64,000 bases of DNA from positions 496,001 to 560,000 of the forward strand of contig OX337241.1 in NCBI GenBank assembly GCA_946965045.2, given 5' to 3'. The first letter of the stretch is position 1, and every line of letters begins with the position of its first letter. Below are positions 33,555 to 44,427 of the stretch, piece after piece. This stretch comes from Epithemia pelagica (Eukaryota > Protista > Bacillariophyta). The notes below the pieces were generated by a model. That model searched no databases. It was not told the DNA's origin and was given only the letters and a program-made list of their open reading frames with translations. The position numbers were made by a program, and so were the translations under genes.

Positions 33555-34559
33555 GTTGACGTTCCTACCACCAGAGGATCACCCCGAAGACGTCAACCAG
33601 CTTTACATCCGACTTCCTCAAAAAACGCGCAAGGGTTTTACAAAGGATGATCTAGCGGAGTATCTTGATTCACGTGATCCAAAGGCAACGCAAGACAACC
33701 TCGTTGAAGCAATAAATGAAGGGGGGCACATTCCCCCTGCCATCTTGAAGGACGCCGTGGGCAGTAGGGCCGAATCGAAACTACAGAGTATTCACAGGCT
33801 TAACATCAGTCCAAGACAAGTCGACGTCTTGATTGCACAGGTTCTGTTCAAGAAAAAATACGTTCTGCCGAGACCCCTCGATCCCTACAACTATGCGACG
33901 CATGGGATCCAACAATCGTATGAAACGCTCTCAACGAATGATCTTTTCAGTACGAGATCAATCAATCAACTACAAGGCGATTCGGTTCATTTTATGATGT
34001 TTGCCTTTGGTCAATCACAAATACGATGCAAGAGATTTTCGTTTGGAGAAAATCCGTTGCTCTCTGCGTCGGGTGTCGTACAGGGCAATCCGTGCAATAT
34101 CGACGAAACGCTGTGCAATATCTTGGGGATAGCAGATTACCAAGATAGTCTTGGCAACCATGCCTTGCGCCTGGGGATGATTCAGCATATTGTGCAACCA
34201 GGGACTTTTGACGAGTTGGGTGTCCAGGCGTTGTTCTGCCACTGGCTAGGTGAACTCGTACGTCACTTGGATGGCATTGATGGTGATTTGAGAGTGACAA
34301 ATGTCACTGGTATGGCCTCGATGGTCGTCACAGTTGAAGTGTGTAACGAGTATTTAGCCTTGCAACACAACCCTATCAACCCCAATGGGACTGGATTGCC
34401 TGCACAGCTCTCCATGACGAGCGACTTTGTTGTTTGGCCCTTGACAGAGACCATCCTAAATCACTCTGGCAACACTCACGAAGAAGCACCGTTGTCAATG
34501 GAAGAAAAGCTGTTGCGTGCAGGCTTTGTCTGACTTTCTGTACATTGCCATGAGAAACA

Positions 34560-35184
34560 AAGATACACGACGACGCATCTCGTAATGGTGCTCGATCACC
34601 GGTTCGACCTTGCCTCGGTTTCCGATGTTGTGCTGCTACCCCCATTCTTGGATTCCTCGCTGTCTCCCGCTTTGTTCCAGTCATATTCTCGTCTCTCATC
34701 AACACCCCATCAATGCAAAACTCCATACACCGTGAACCTACCACACAGTTTCAAGAGGCTGGCGAAAGAAACGCTTGCGAGTTTGTCAGGGACCGTCGGC
34801 GGACCTTGTTGTTGTTGTTGTTGTTGTTGTTTCTGCAAGGCCTTTAAACTACAAGCCGCCGCTTGCACATCCAGCACCACAATGGCCAAGGCGAATGCGA
34901 CACAGTAGACCGTCACACTGGAAAAATAAACCAAGAGGGTGATTTGCCACCAATCATCGGATTGGACCAAGAGTGACAGAATGCAGGTGATCAGGGGAAT
35001 TCCCAACAAGACGACAAAGGTTGGCCATTCGACTCCAATCAAGCGTTTCATATTTGCTGCATCTGAATGACTCGATGCCACAAATCGCCCCACGAGGAAC
35101 ACACTCAAGCCACAAACCCAAACCGGAATGGCGCAGAGTGTGCCAATGAATTTTCCAACAGACCCCGACGACGAGGCGTTAGGT
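34560..35184 (-). pseudogene. Fragment of a multi-pass membrane protein gene
   Basis: Hydrophobic stretch GVEWPTFVVLLGIPLIT...WWQITLLVYFSSV in ORF 34710..35237. It has no start of its own and downstream stops interrupt it. Confidence 0.45.
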
Positions 35185-35486
35185 TGCGCTTCCAATTCTT
35201 TAACTATTTTTTGAACGGCTGTTTCAAAAAGTTGCAACGCCTCTGTCAGTTCCTCTTGTGTAGTAATAAAAGGGGTGGAACAAAGCGCACGACATCTTTT
35301 CCGGCCGCAACCAGCAACAATCCTTGATCATCACGGTCACACACCTTTCAAGAGACCCCAGCCTCGCACAGGTCCCAACAAGGCGGGATACTTTGCGGCA
35401 ATCGCCTCGAGACCGGCAGCCAATTGGTCTCCTCGGGCTTGTCCATTGTCCAAGACATACTGCTCGGAAAAATATTGTGCCAGTAC
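35185..35486 (-). pseudogene. argD: C-terminal fragment of a class-III (acetylornithine-type) aminotransferase, frameshifted
   Basis: Across frames it reads VLDNGQARGDQLAAGLEAIAAKYPALLGPVRGWGLLKGV / DQGLLLVAAGKDVVRFVPPL / ITTQEELTEALQLFETAV, matching the class-III VRGxGL and RxxPPLxIxxEE C-terminus. Confidence 0.72.
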
Positions 35487-35487
35487 C

Positions 35488-35882
35488 TACGGACAACAGA
35501 AGCAAAACCCGCAGCAAATGCCTTCTCGGCCTTTGAGAAAACTGCAGATACGAGGTACAACAATTGTTAAAATTCGTTCCACAAGCGCACAACACTGTAG
35601 TTAATCTAGTTGCGTCCATCACAAACTGGAACTTACAATGGCGCCATGATAGAATGAAACTGTGTTGATTGGATGGATTTACTTTTGAATGGAGGTCTTG
35701 AATGATGCCACGCTGTTTTGGTGTTGTCGTCGAATCCTTTGCTTCTTCTCAAAGACATCCAGTCAACACAAAATTTGCACATCAATGAGGGGCTTAACAT
35801 CCCCCGAAACCCGCATACCTCATTGCTGTATTTATGCTCTTATCGGATGTTCCAATAAATAAGGTGGAGAGGCTTTTCTAAA
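35488..35882 (-). pseudogene. Truncated duplicate of paralog E 5' region (promoter, exon 1, intron, first ~17 codons of exon 2)
   Basis: Homologous to ~26458..26925, with the same ATGGCGCCATT|GTAAGT (ATG 35647) and FLKGREGICCGFCFCCP. It then hits TAG and switches to argD sequence. Confidence 0.82.
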
Positions 35883-36182
35883 ACGAAAGAGTGAGGGGTT
35901 TGGGGTGACTATTGCCCCAGGGACTTGGGGTTGTGTTCTGTTTCTGTTGCATCTGTGGTGCTCTCGTGACATCACACGTTCCGAATGGACCACCAAAGGT
36001 TCGTTCCGACGGCCACGATGGCAACTGCTACGACCGATCGAGAAAGTACAAACACGTTTCTACCTTTCGAGACTTTATCGTTACAAGGATCCATTAGTAT
36101 ACAGTGGCAAGAGAGACATCGAGAGAGAAAAAGAGAGAGAGAGCTCGATGATGAGAACGACGTTGTAGTTGTTTTCTCGGGT

Positions 36183-37471
36183 TTATTCGGCACCAGTCTC
36201 ATTTCCTCCATTGCCGTCATGGGTCGAGACGGGTGGGTCGTCGCTGTCCTTCTTCGTTTCCTCCACGTCATCGTCTTCCTTACTATTATTGGTCTCTTCC
36301 GGTGGATCCTCCACCTCCTTGTCGTCGTCTGCTGCTTTCGTACTACTGCCTTGTTGCAAAATTTCCCTCATTTCCGTGACGGATTTGGTGCCGTCGCCAT
36401 TGATGACCGTCGTGGTAATTACTTTGGTCACGGTACCATCGGCTTCGGTAATAATTTCTTCTTTCACTGTCGTGGTTGGACTCACGACGGGTTGTTCTTC
36501 GACATCTTCCTTTTCGTCGTCGTCCTCCTCTTCCTCCTCTCCCTTGTCGTCGTCGTCATTTTCCTCCTCATTGTCGTCTTGTTTCTCGTCATCTTTATTC
36601 TTGTCTGGGTCAAATCGTTCTCGTTCTCGCATGGTGTAAATAAAGCAACCCGAAAAGAGCCAAAAGAAAAAGGCAATAATCACTGCCACGGCCGACGCCC
36701 CCGCCGTACACTCGTTGGCGTCTTTGCACCACTCGGACGCAAAGGCAACCTGCGAGGTACAAACAAAATACACAAAGAAACAACAAGAGAGCCATTGATT
36801 GCGTCAGGTGTACCAATGGTCTCGCCATGCACCGCCAAAGCAATCAAAACATGGAATCCCAACAACACGTACCAGACTAATCGGAAAGACAATGGCAAAC
36901 ATAAAGTAGCAGCAACTAATGGCCTTGAGACAGGTTTGTCCCAGCGTCATGCAGGCTCCCAAAAGAAACCAAATCGTCACAAAGTAGGCTGGAACACAGA
37001 CAATAAAGATAATGGTACGGGCAAAACTGAGATTGAAATCAATATCGTCCTTGCTGAGCGTATCGTGATTGTCCCATCCCACACAACCATCGGTCGATAC
37101 AATGTGCCCGTCGGCCACGGTAAAATCTTCCACCGTCCATGGTCCGACGCTAAAGGTGGAGGTTTCGTTTCTGCTGGTAAAAATGGTGCCTTGATTGCGA
37201 TACTCCACTTGATAAAAGTCACAACTCCAAGAGGCACCGGTCGTAAAGGCAATGGCAATAATACTGCAAATCACCGGGACGGTGTAGGTACATCCGTACG
37301 GACAGCAAATGCAATATCCACACAAGATACCCTCCTTTCCTTTTCCAAATCTTGGTCCAGAGAGACAAACGAAACACAAAAAGTGTCAGATTCAAGCGTT
37401 TCTTGTATATGAAACATGTTCTCTCACTGGAATACATTCGCACCGGCAACTCAAACTCGCATGGGTGGCAT
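36183..37471 (-). CDS. Cys-rich 4-TM claudin-like protein, paralog F; complement(join(36183..36749,36873..37350,37461..37471))
   Basis: 11-nt exon ATGCCACCCAT followed by a GCGAGT donor (GC-AG intron of 110 bp vs 111 bp in E), giving MPPIFGKGKEG (E: MAPFFLKGREG). Intron 2 is GTACGT..CAG. In frame. Confidence 0.75.
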
Positions 37472-38126
37472 AGTGTCTCGCTCTTGCGTGGTTTCCCGTT
37501 ATGGTGATTCTGTCATGGACAATGATCGTCGTCGTCGGGTGTTCTTGGATGAGAAGCAGCTCAGCTTGCAGCCAAAAGCCAAAAGATCTGTTGTGAAAAA
37601 TGTGGCGAGCTGGCAGCAGGCGAATAACCCGATGCAGATGGGCAATTTACGTTGAAACATAACCCTGTCATTGCCCCTACTCTACAATAGAAGAGAGAGC
37701 AATATTGTAGCGTCCAGCAAATAGTGCTAGGGATGCTACCGTATCTACTTTTATCTAATGCGACATTTGCTCCTATATTCATATCCTGTGACAACATCGA
37801 TCCTACCACACTGGAAGGACCTTCTTGGACTTGGCAATGAATTGCCAACACCATTGTACGGATAACTACTACTAACAGAACATGAAAACTACAGGGAATT
37901 GTTCCGGAAAAAGGCACAGGGGGAATGCTGCAGCAGAATTGTCCTCCAGCCAATCCTTGCGACGCATGCAAGTGCACCAAAGAAGAATGCGTTACCCCAG
38001 TGCCGACTCCATTCATTATTCATAGATCCATCGCACCGACAGTGGCAACGGAGAGAAAGACGGCCATCTCTGTCGTTGGCCAGTCAGTCCGTCGCATGTA
38101 CCGCCATCGGTTTGTGGATGGTTTTG

Positions 38127-39442
38127 CTATGGATCTTGTTTTCGTACCATGGGTGGCTCTTCGTCCAGAAAAGGACCATCCGATTCCCTGCTTGTTTCCC
38201 CACGTGTATCTTTTAGCGCACCAGTAGAGTCTCCCGCGTCGTAAACGCCATTTTGGTCGGATGCGCTTGCCCTTCGGCTCTCTCTTTCGTGTTCTGCCTG
38301 TCGGACACCCTCTTCTGGAGGGTCAGGTGTATCTACTTTCTTTTCTTCCTTGTCATCGTCGTCGTCGTCCCCTTCATCGGGTGGTACTTGTTCCACACCC
38401 TGTTCTTGTGGTGTCACGGGTGGTTGTTTCATGGGGTGGGTCACGACCACTCGTGTTTCCGTCACCTTTTGGGATCCGTCCGCATGTGTCACGGTCGTCG
38501 TAATGACTTGAAACACGGTTCCATTGTCTTCTTCAATCGTTTGCTTGACAATATTGGTTCGTTAGACGACTGCTCCTGGTTTGGGAACAGCGTGTTGGTC
38601 GTCGTCGTCGTCCTGTTGGTTCGTCGATGGATCCTCCTCGTCCGCAATTTCATCATTGGTCTCGTCCTTCTTGTCGTCATTCTCGTCATTTGGGCGAGGT
38701 GCTCGGTCATGTCGTTCTCGTTCTTTCATGGTCAAGACAAAAATACCGGCACAGGTCCAAAAGAAAAAGGCGAGAATGACCGCTGCGGCCGAGACACCGG
38801 CCGAACATTCTTCGGCTTGTTGGCACCATTCCGAGGCAAAACAGGCCTACCAGCAAACAAAGAAAGAAACACACACACACACAAGGGAACCATGCAATAT
38901 TCCACGTGAGCTGTTGCCAGTTCCGCAACTCCATCCTAGTATTGATTTGAATGAATGATGTATACGTACCAATCTGAGTGGGAACAGGACGGCAAAGAGA
39001 AAGAAAAAGCAGCTGATTCCCTTCAAAAAGGTTCGACCTAAAACGAGGCAGGATCCCAAACAAAAGCACGAGGTTACCAGATAGGCCGTGACACAGACAA
39101 TAAAGAGCATGGCGCGCGCAAAATTCAGGGCCGAATCTCGATCATTGCCCGTCAAGGTTTCATGATGGTCCCAGCCCACATAGCGGTCGGTGGAGACTAT
39201 CCGGCCATTGGCCACGGCAAAGTCTTCCACCGTCCACGGTCCAACGCTAAACCTGGATCCTTGCGGACTCGTAAAGATTGCCTTCGTTGCGGTATGTCAC
39301 TCTCATTAAATCACACGTCCAGGACGCACCCGAAGTAAAGGCAATGGCAAATACCACGCAAATGGTGGGGATGGTAAAGTAACATCCATAGGGACAGCAG
39401 AGACACACTCCACAAAAGACGCCTTCTTTTCCTTTCCCAAAT
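38127..39442 (-). pseudogene. Claudin-like paralog G with a +1 frameshift and a premature stop; exons 39442..38970, 38846..38127 (exon 1 not located)
   Basis: An extra base at ~39278 (GGCAATCTTT vs conserved GIF) and an in-frame TAA at 38564-38562, before the conserved TNIVKQTIEEDNG tail. Confidence 0.8.
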
Positions 39443-40353
39443 CTGTAAACAATCCAACGGGAAAGACGGTAAGAAACGTCCGAATTGGAAACCTCTCTGC
39501 CACACAGTTGGATCAATCATCTGGAGTTACAACCAACCAACACTACTCCAGTCCACAGATGATAGATCTGACACTCGCCCAGCCACGGACCGTCGGCAAG
39601 TTTGTCGACGATCACAGTGTCTTGTTGTGCCTCTCTTGTTTGGGCGGGGTGATGCGTGTTCTCACAATCTTGTCTGTAAGATTTGTGAATTGTGGCGCCG
39701 GGTGGAATGGTGCATCCGCGCTGACTCGGCTTTTTCGGGATTCCTCTCGAGTCAGTCAACCTACCGTAGCTATGATATCTGATGTGAAGAATCTACTTCT
39801 GATTGCTAACCTTAGCATACTTCCCAATCTTTCTTGGCAATCCGACGATGATATATCGATGCTCCCGCATTGTCCAAAAATTCTGAAATTGGCTCTTTTT
39901 CGAACATGAATCCATGAGATGCGGTTCCAATGGATCTAGCTAGGAGAGAGAGGCAAAAAATAGAGTACATCTCTTCGGGTAGTAGCATTGGTACCGCTGT
40001 CCTTCAACCCAAAAAGATGGGTTCCTACACAACGCAGTCTCAACGAAAATGACTACACTGTACTAGTACCTCTAGGTAGGTACGTTCCATGGTCAAGACA
40101 TATGAACACGCTCAAAGGCCTATGAACTAAAAAAGAATAAATTCTTCGTGACGTGAAGGAGCCATGACAGTGGGGCAGAAAGGAACCATCCGCCACGCCA
40201 TCCGTATTGTTGGAATCGATCACTGGGAATTGTCGTTCTTCCAATCCAAGGAACGTATCCACGGTCCAACTCTGCGAAACGCATTCGATTCGAAAGCATG
40301 TATATCCAGCCAGACCAAAGCCAGAATTGCTGTGATGTGCACCTGGTTCACTG

Positions 40354-41581
40354 CTAGCAAATCACGGGTTTGGCATTGGCCACGGCAAATTCCGTGTCGG
40401 CTGTGGCGCCCGCCGCTGCGGCCGTCGGAGGACGAAGGACTCCACTCTCCTGCAATACTTCTCGTGTTTCCACGACGGAGCGACTTCCATCGGCATGGGT
40501 CATGGTTTTGGTGGTAACTTTGACGACGGTACCATCGTGTTCCACCAAGGTGTGTTCGACGACTTGTTCGGTCGATGAAATCATTTCCACGTCGTCACGG
40601 TCGGGTGCTCGAGAAAAGGCCGCCACCATGGTGTCCTTTTCTTTCATGGTCAAAATCGTGGCCCCCGCCAGGATCCAAAGCAACACCAAGATCAAGATAC
40701 CAATTCCACCGCCACGAATTTTACAGTGATCCGCATCTTGACACCATGTGGAAGCCAAGGAAACCTGAACAAGAACAGAACAAACAAACCACCAACAACA
40801 AGAAGGAACATTTTCACGTCAATCGTCGCTGGTAAAAAACTCCCAACGAAACAAACAATCATTCGTACCAAACTGAGTGGCAACAAGGCCCCAATCGCAA
40901 TAAAACTAAAGGAGATGCATTTCAAACATTTGGGTTCAAAGACACAGCAGGATCCGAAACAAAAGACGACTGTCAAAATATAGGCTGGAATGGAGGTAAA
41001 AAACAAGACGACACGAGCAAATCGCACGGCGCCATCCATGTCGTCGGACCCCAGTGTTTCATGGTCGGACCAAAAGACACAATCTCCCTTGCCCCCAATG
41101 GTACCACTGGTCAGGTTGAAATCTTCCACCGTCCAGGGTCCCACGCGAAATTCGGAGGGTTCGTCACTAAAGAACATGCCGTCGGTCCGGTACTCGACGG
41201 AAAAAAAGTTGCAACTCCAGGGAACACCCAAGGTTACCAAGGCCGCAATCACGGTAGTAATCATGGGCGCCGTGTAGTAACACCCATATGGACAACAGAT
41301 GCAACGGCCATGACAACACTCTTGCTCTCGTTTCCGTATGGTGCCTTGTCTTGGTTGTATGGTTGGGGCGATTGTAGCATTCAATGAATTCGTTCATGAC
41401 AGAGTCGAGCATTGGAGAATGAAACGACAGACGACAGTGTGAGACTTGAAATGTTGATCGCCCAAAAAAGGTTCGACACGGAGGACATGCACATTGAGGC
41501 TAGCAAGAACCACCCAACTGGTGACATTCCACCATAGAACGACAATCGCTCAGAGTCCACTTACTGTGGTGGTGGTGACAT
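40354..41581 (-). CDS. Cys-rich 4-TM claudin-like protein, paralog H; complement(join(40354..40764,40869..41349,41565..41581))
   Basis: 17-nt exon ATGTCACCACCACCACA|GTAAGT; intron 2 GTACGA(40868)..CAG(40765). Motifs CCHGRCICCPYG and FRVGPWTVEDF. In frame; the first acceptor position is less certain. Confidence 0.75.
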
Positions 41582-43012
41582 GACAGGTCTCTTGGACTTC
41601 TGTGTTGTTGAACGTTGCTATGTGTCTCGGCGGTCCGAGAGAGAGATCTTTTACAGCTGCTGCTGTTGCCAATTTGGACAATTTGTGTATTCTGTGGATC
41701 AATACCACGACAGCGTCGATCGATCATTCGCGGAGAAAGTGCTGTCGTCGCTGTTCGCGTCGCATTTTGTGCAGCTGTTGCTTCCGAATTCCGAATTGCT
41801 AGCATTGCTATGTCAATCATAAAGATCCTCATAGGAGTAGCGAGACTTGGTTTCTTCAATCTTCAATGCAACCTATGGGGTATCATCTAACCTGAGAACA
41901 GAAGGGAGAAACAACAATACTCTCGTATCAATGGACAATTTGTAAATTATCTCTCTGCTTCTTGTCGTCCCATAGTCTCTTCCACACTGTAGAGTTTCCA
42001 AAAACGATCCTTACCATTCGTTGCTAGCTAGGAGTACCTATCTACGTAGATTCATACATGGCTCACTCAACTGGGATGGCCAACGCTCGAATCTTTGGGC
42101 AAAATGCAATGACAACACAACCTGGGTTTCCGATCTTGTCATTGGGTGTTGATAATCTAAAGCCATAGGACAGCTTACAATACGGACAGGACTAGTTTGT
42201 TCCTCAGAATATTTGCATGCTGCCTCTTGTAGGATGAGATCTTTAGACAACCGGAAAAGAGGGCGATAGAACTGATATATGCTCCTCTAGGAAGAGGATT
42301 GTAGTTGAAGCCAAAGAGGTTGCCTTTCTTGGGAAAAGACCTAGCCACAGCGTGCGACTGGTTCAGGGTCGCCAAACCGGGGTTCATCACGGTTTGTTCT
42401 ATTTGAGGAGCGATCTCCATTCGTCTCTGCTCCTGTCGAGTTCGTTCCTAACAAATACTTTGATACAGACTCCTGATAGGCTGTAAGAGTCAAACGCTAT
42501 CTCGTTTGGATCTTTGCCGAATTCGAGGGCTCAACTCATAGAAAGTCCCGTTTGTGAGCTTCCGGGTTGAGTCCCAGTCAGTCGCGCCAAGAGCCAGAGA
42601 GTCCCAGTACGAGCCAAAGAGTATTGGGAGCAATATCTGCGCCGCGATACAATTGCGCTGAGTTTCCCCCACGAGTCCCCCGGGCTGACGGATACTTAGA
42701 TAAAGATATTGGTTGAGTTCGGAAATTTTTACCTATGCCCCATAGGTACCTTTCATGACCAAAAGATTTTAATTGGATTGCCTCGTCCTAGTATTTTTGT
42801 CAGCACCCGGATATTTCATTCGTGGGGAGGATATTACTGTACGGATTAATACACTTGTACCAACCGAAAATCAAAACCATTCACAGAAAGCAGAAAGCAG
42901 GTATCTGCCATGAACTGATGTCTGCTGTGTGTGGTTTTCACATTGTGTCACAAATTCGGTATTGAGAAAACGTAGCACGACAGCACGTAACTCCCTTGCA
43001 TCTCGAAACGCT

Positions 43013-44269
43013 ATGACTGCTCATAAAGGCCATCTAAAAAATGTTTGCGAGCAGGATATTCTTTGTACCAAGGACAGGACTGTGTGTAGCCATGCCGGAA
43101 ATCTCATTTTTCGCGCCAAGATTGACGCCATGACGGAGGACTATGAGAAAGCCACAAGTGCACTGGAAAAGACTGATATTACGAGACGCATCATCAAAGA
43201 CCTCAAGGAAAACCACGGCTGCCGATTCTTGGGATATGACAAAACGACGGATTCGTGGATGGAGATTTCTTCGCGGCTCGTTCGAGACAAGGTTTCCCAC
43301 GCGCTCCGATTTGCGATTCGTCGGAGCCAAAAGAAGAAGACCACCAAGGACATGCAATCCTCCCATGCAAGGCTTCAGTTCAAGAAACGGGTCACCACTG
43401 CACAAAACGTTGATTCAAGTCGTCAGAACAAGTCGTCTTGCTTCATGTTTCGTGGGACAGAAAAGGGTTGGAGTAGGGTCGCAGCAAGTCACAAAGAACA
43501 GCGCCAAGACCACACCTTGCAAGATACTCGCACAAAGTATCCCAACAGCAAAGTACAGTCATATCACACCTGGGCTAAACAGTCTTATCATCCCCGTCAT
43601 CCCTATGAAGCATCCTATGGGTCCATTCCAGATGACAGTCACAGCTACTATTGGCACACCAATCATGCGGAACCCCATGATATTGAACCCTTGTCCCATA
43701 ATCATTTTGACTGTCTGAAAACCAGACCGTACACCCGGCAAAGCAGAACGCCTATCGATGATAAAGAAGAAGCTTCGACACCCGAGATTCAATCCTTGTA
43801 TAGCCGCAACTCTTGCTCTCAAGGAAGTTTTGGTGGCCATGTTTCTGTCAGCGATTGCTCCTTGGATGGTGATGACGACGAACCCGAGAACCCACATCAC
43901 AGGACCGTAAGTTCCTCTTCATCATCATCATCTTCTTCTTCATCATCTGTCTTGAACATTTCGGCAGAAGATGTTGATGACGAAGAATTGAAGTTTGATG
44001 AGTTACAGAAACAAGTGTCGGAGAAAGATGAAACGTTCTGGAGAACTCCCATGACGTCCACTATTCTTGTCGAAGACGACTCAGAGGACGACAAAGGTCA
44101 AAAGGAAAAGCCCGTTCTCATGGATATCAACACTGACAAGCCAAACGGTCGTCGTCGCAATCGCAGTCGCAGCACAAGCTATGGTGTCATGGAGGACATT
44201 GCTCCCTGGACCAAACAAGACATTGACTTTCTCATGAACGAGACTGGCTTGTTTGCCGTGCAAGATTGA
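43013..44269 (+). CDS. DUF6824-domain protein with long disordered acidic/Ser-rich C-terminus
   Basis: N-terminal DILC....HAGNLIFR....YEKA....K......GCRFL....W.E....RDKVSHALR matches the diatom-expanded DUF6824 pattern. First ATG at 43013. Confidence 0.78.
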   Translation: MTAHKGHLKNVCEQDILCTKDRTVCSHAGNLIFRAKIDAMTEDYEKATSALEKTDITRRIIKDLKENHGCRFLGYDKTTDSWMEISSRLVRDKVSHALRFAIRRSQKKKTTKDMQSSHARLQFKKRVTTAQNVDSSRQNKSSCFMFRGTEKGWSRVAASHKEQRQDHTLQDTRTKYPNSKVQSYHTWAKQSYHPRHPYEASYGSIPDDSHSYYWHTNHAEPHDIEPLSHNHFDCLKTRPYTRQSRTPIDDKEEASTPEIQSLYSRNSCSQGSFGGHVSVSDCSLDGDDDEPENPHHRTVSSSSSSSSSSSSSVLNISAEDVDDEELKFDELQKQVSEKDETFWRTPMTSTILVEDDSEDDKGQKEKPVLMDINTDKPNGRRRNRSRSTSYGVMEDIAPWTKQDIDFLMNETGLFAVQD

Positions 44270-44427
44270 TGGGGAAAATCTTTGTATCCATATGTTTTTA
44301 TGCTCTGTCGAATGAACTGTGCTTTGTAATTTCTACATAATGTACTATCATTTTCTACTATTCTGCGGCTCTGTCTGTTACATATTCAGGGAACACCGTA
44401 TATATGGTGCACTGCAGATCCATGTTG

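Larger units (their letters stand above)
27202..34533 (+). pseudogene. 346-codon hypothetical protein gene interrupted at codon 23 by the Copia element; join(27202..27269,33561..34533)
   Basis: Removing the element and one GTTGAC copy gives a continuous 1041-nt ORF: MSQVAPHPDPLPNTFSPSSVLLT-FLPPEDHPEDV...RAGFV*. Confidence 0.78.

Noticed and set aside
40180-40300. AGAGTTGGACCGTGGA / WTVDTF resembling the paralog GPWTVEDF motif
   Set aside because: No flanking Cys or TM homology; probably chance or an unrecognisably decayed remnant.
42543-42680. Four (A/G)AGTCCC motifs upstream of the DUF6824 gene
   Set aside because: Irregular spacing and short length; not distinguishable from chance without enrichment statistics.
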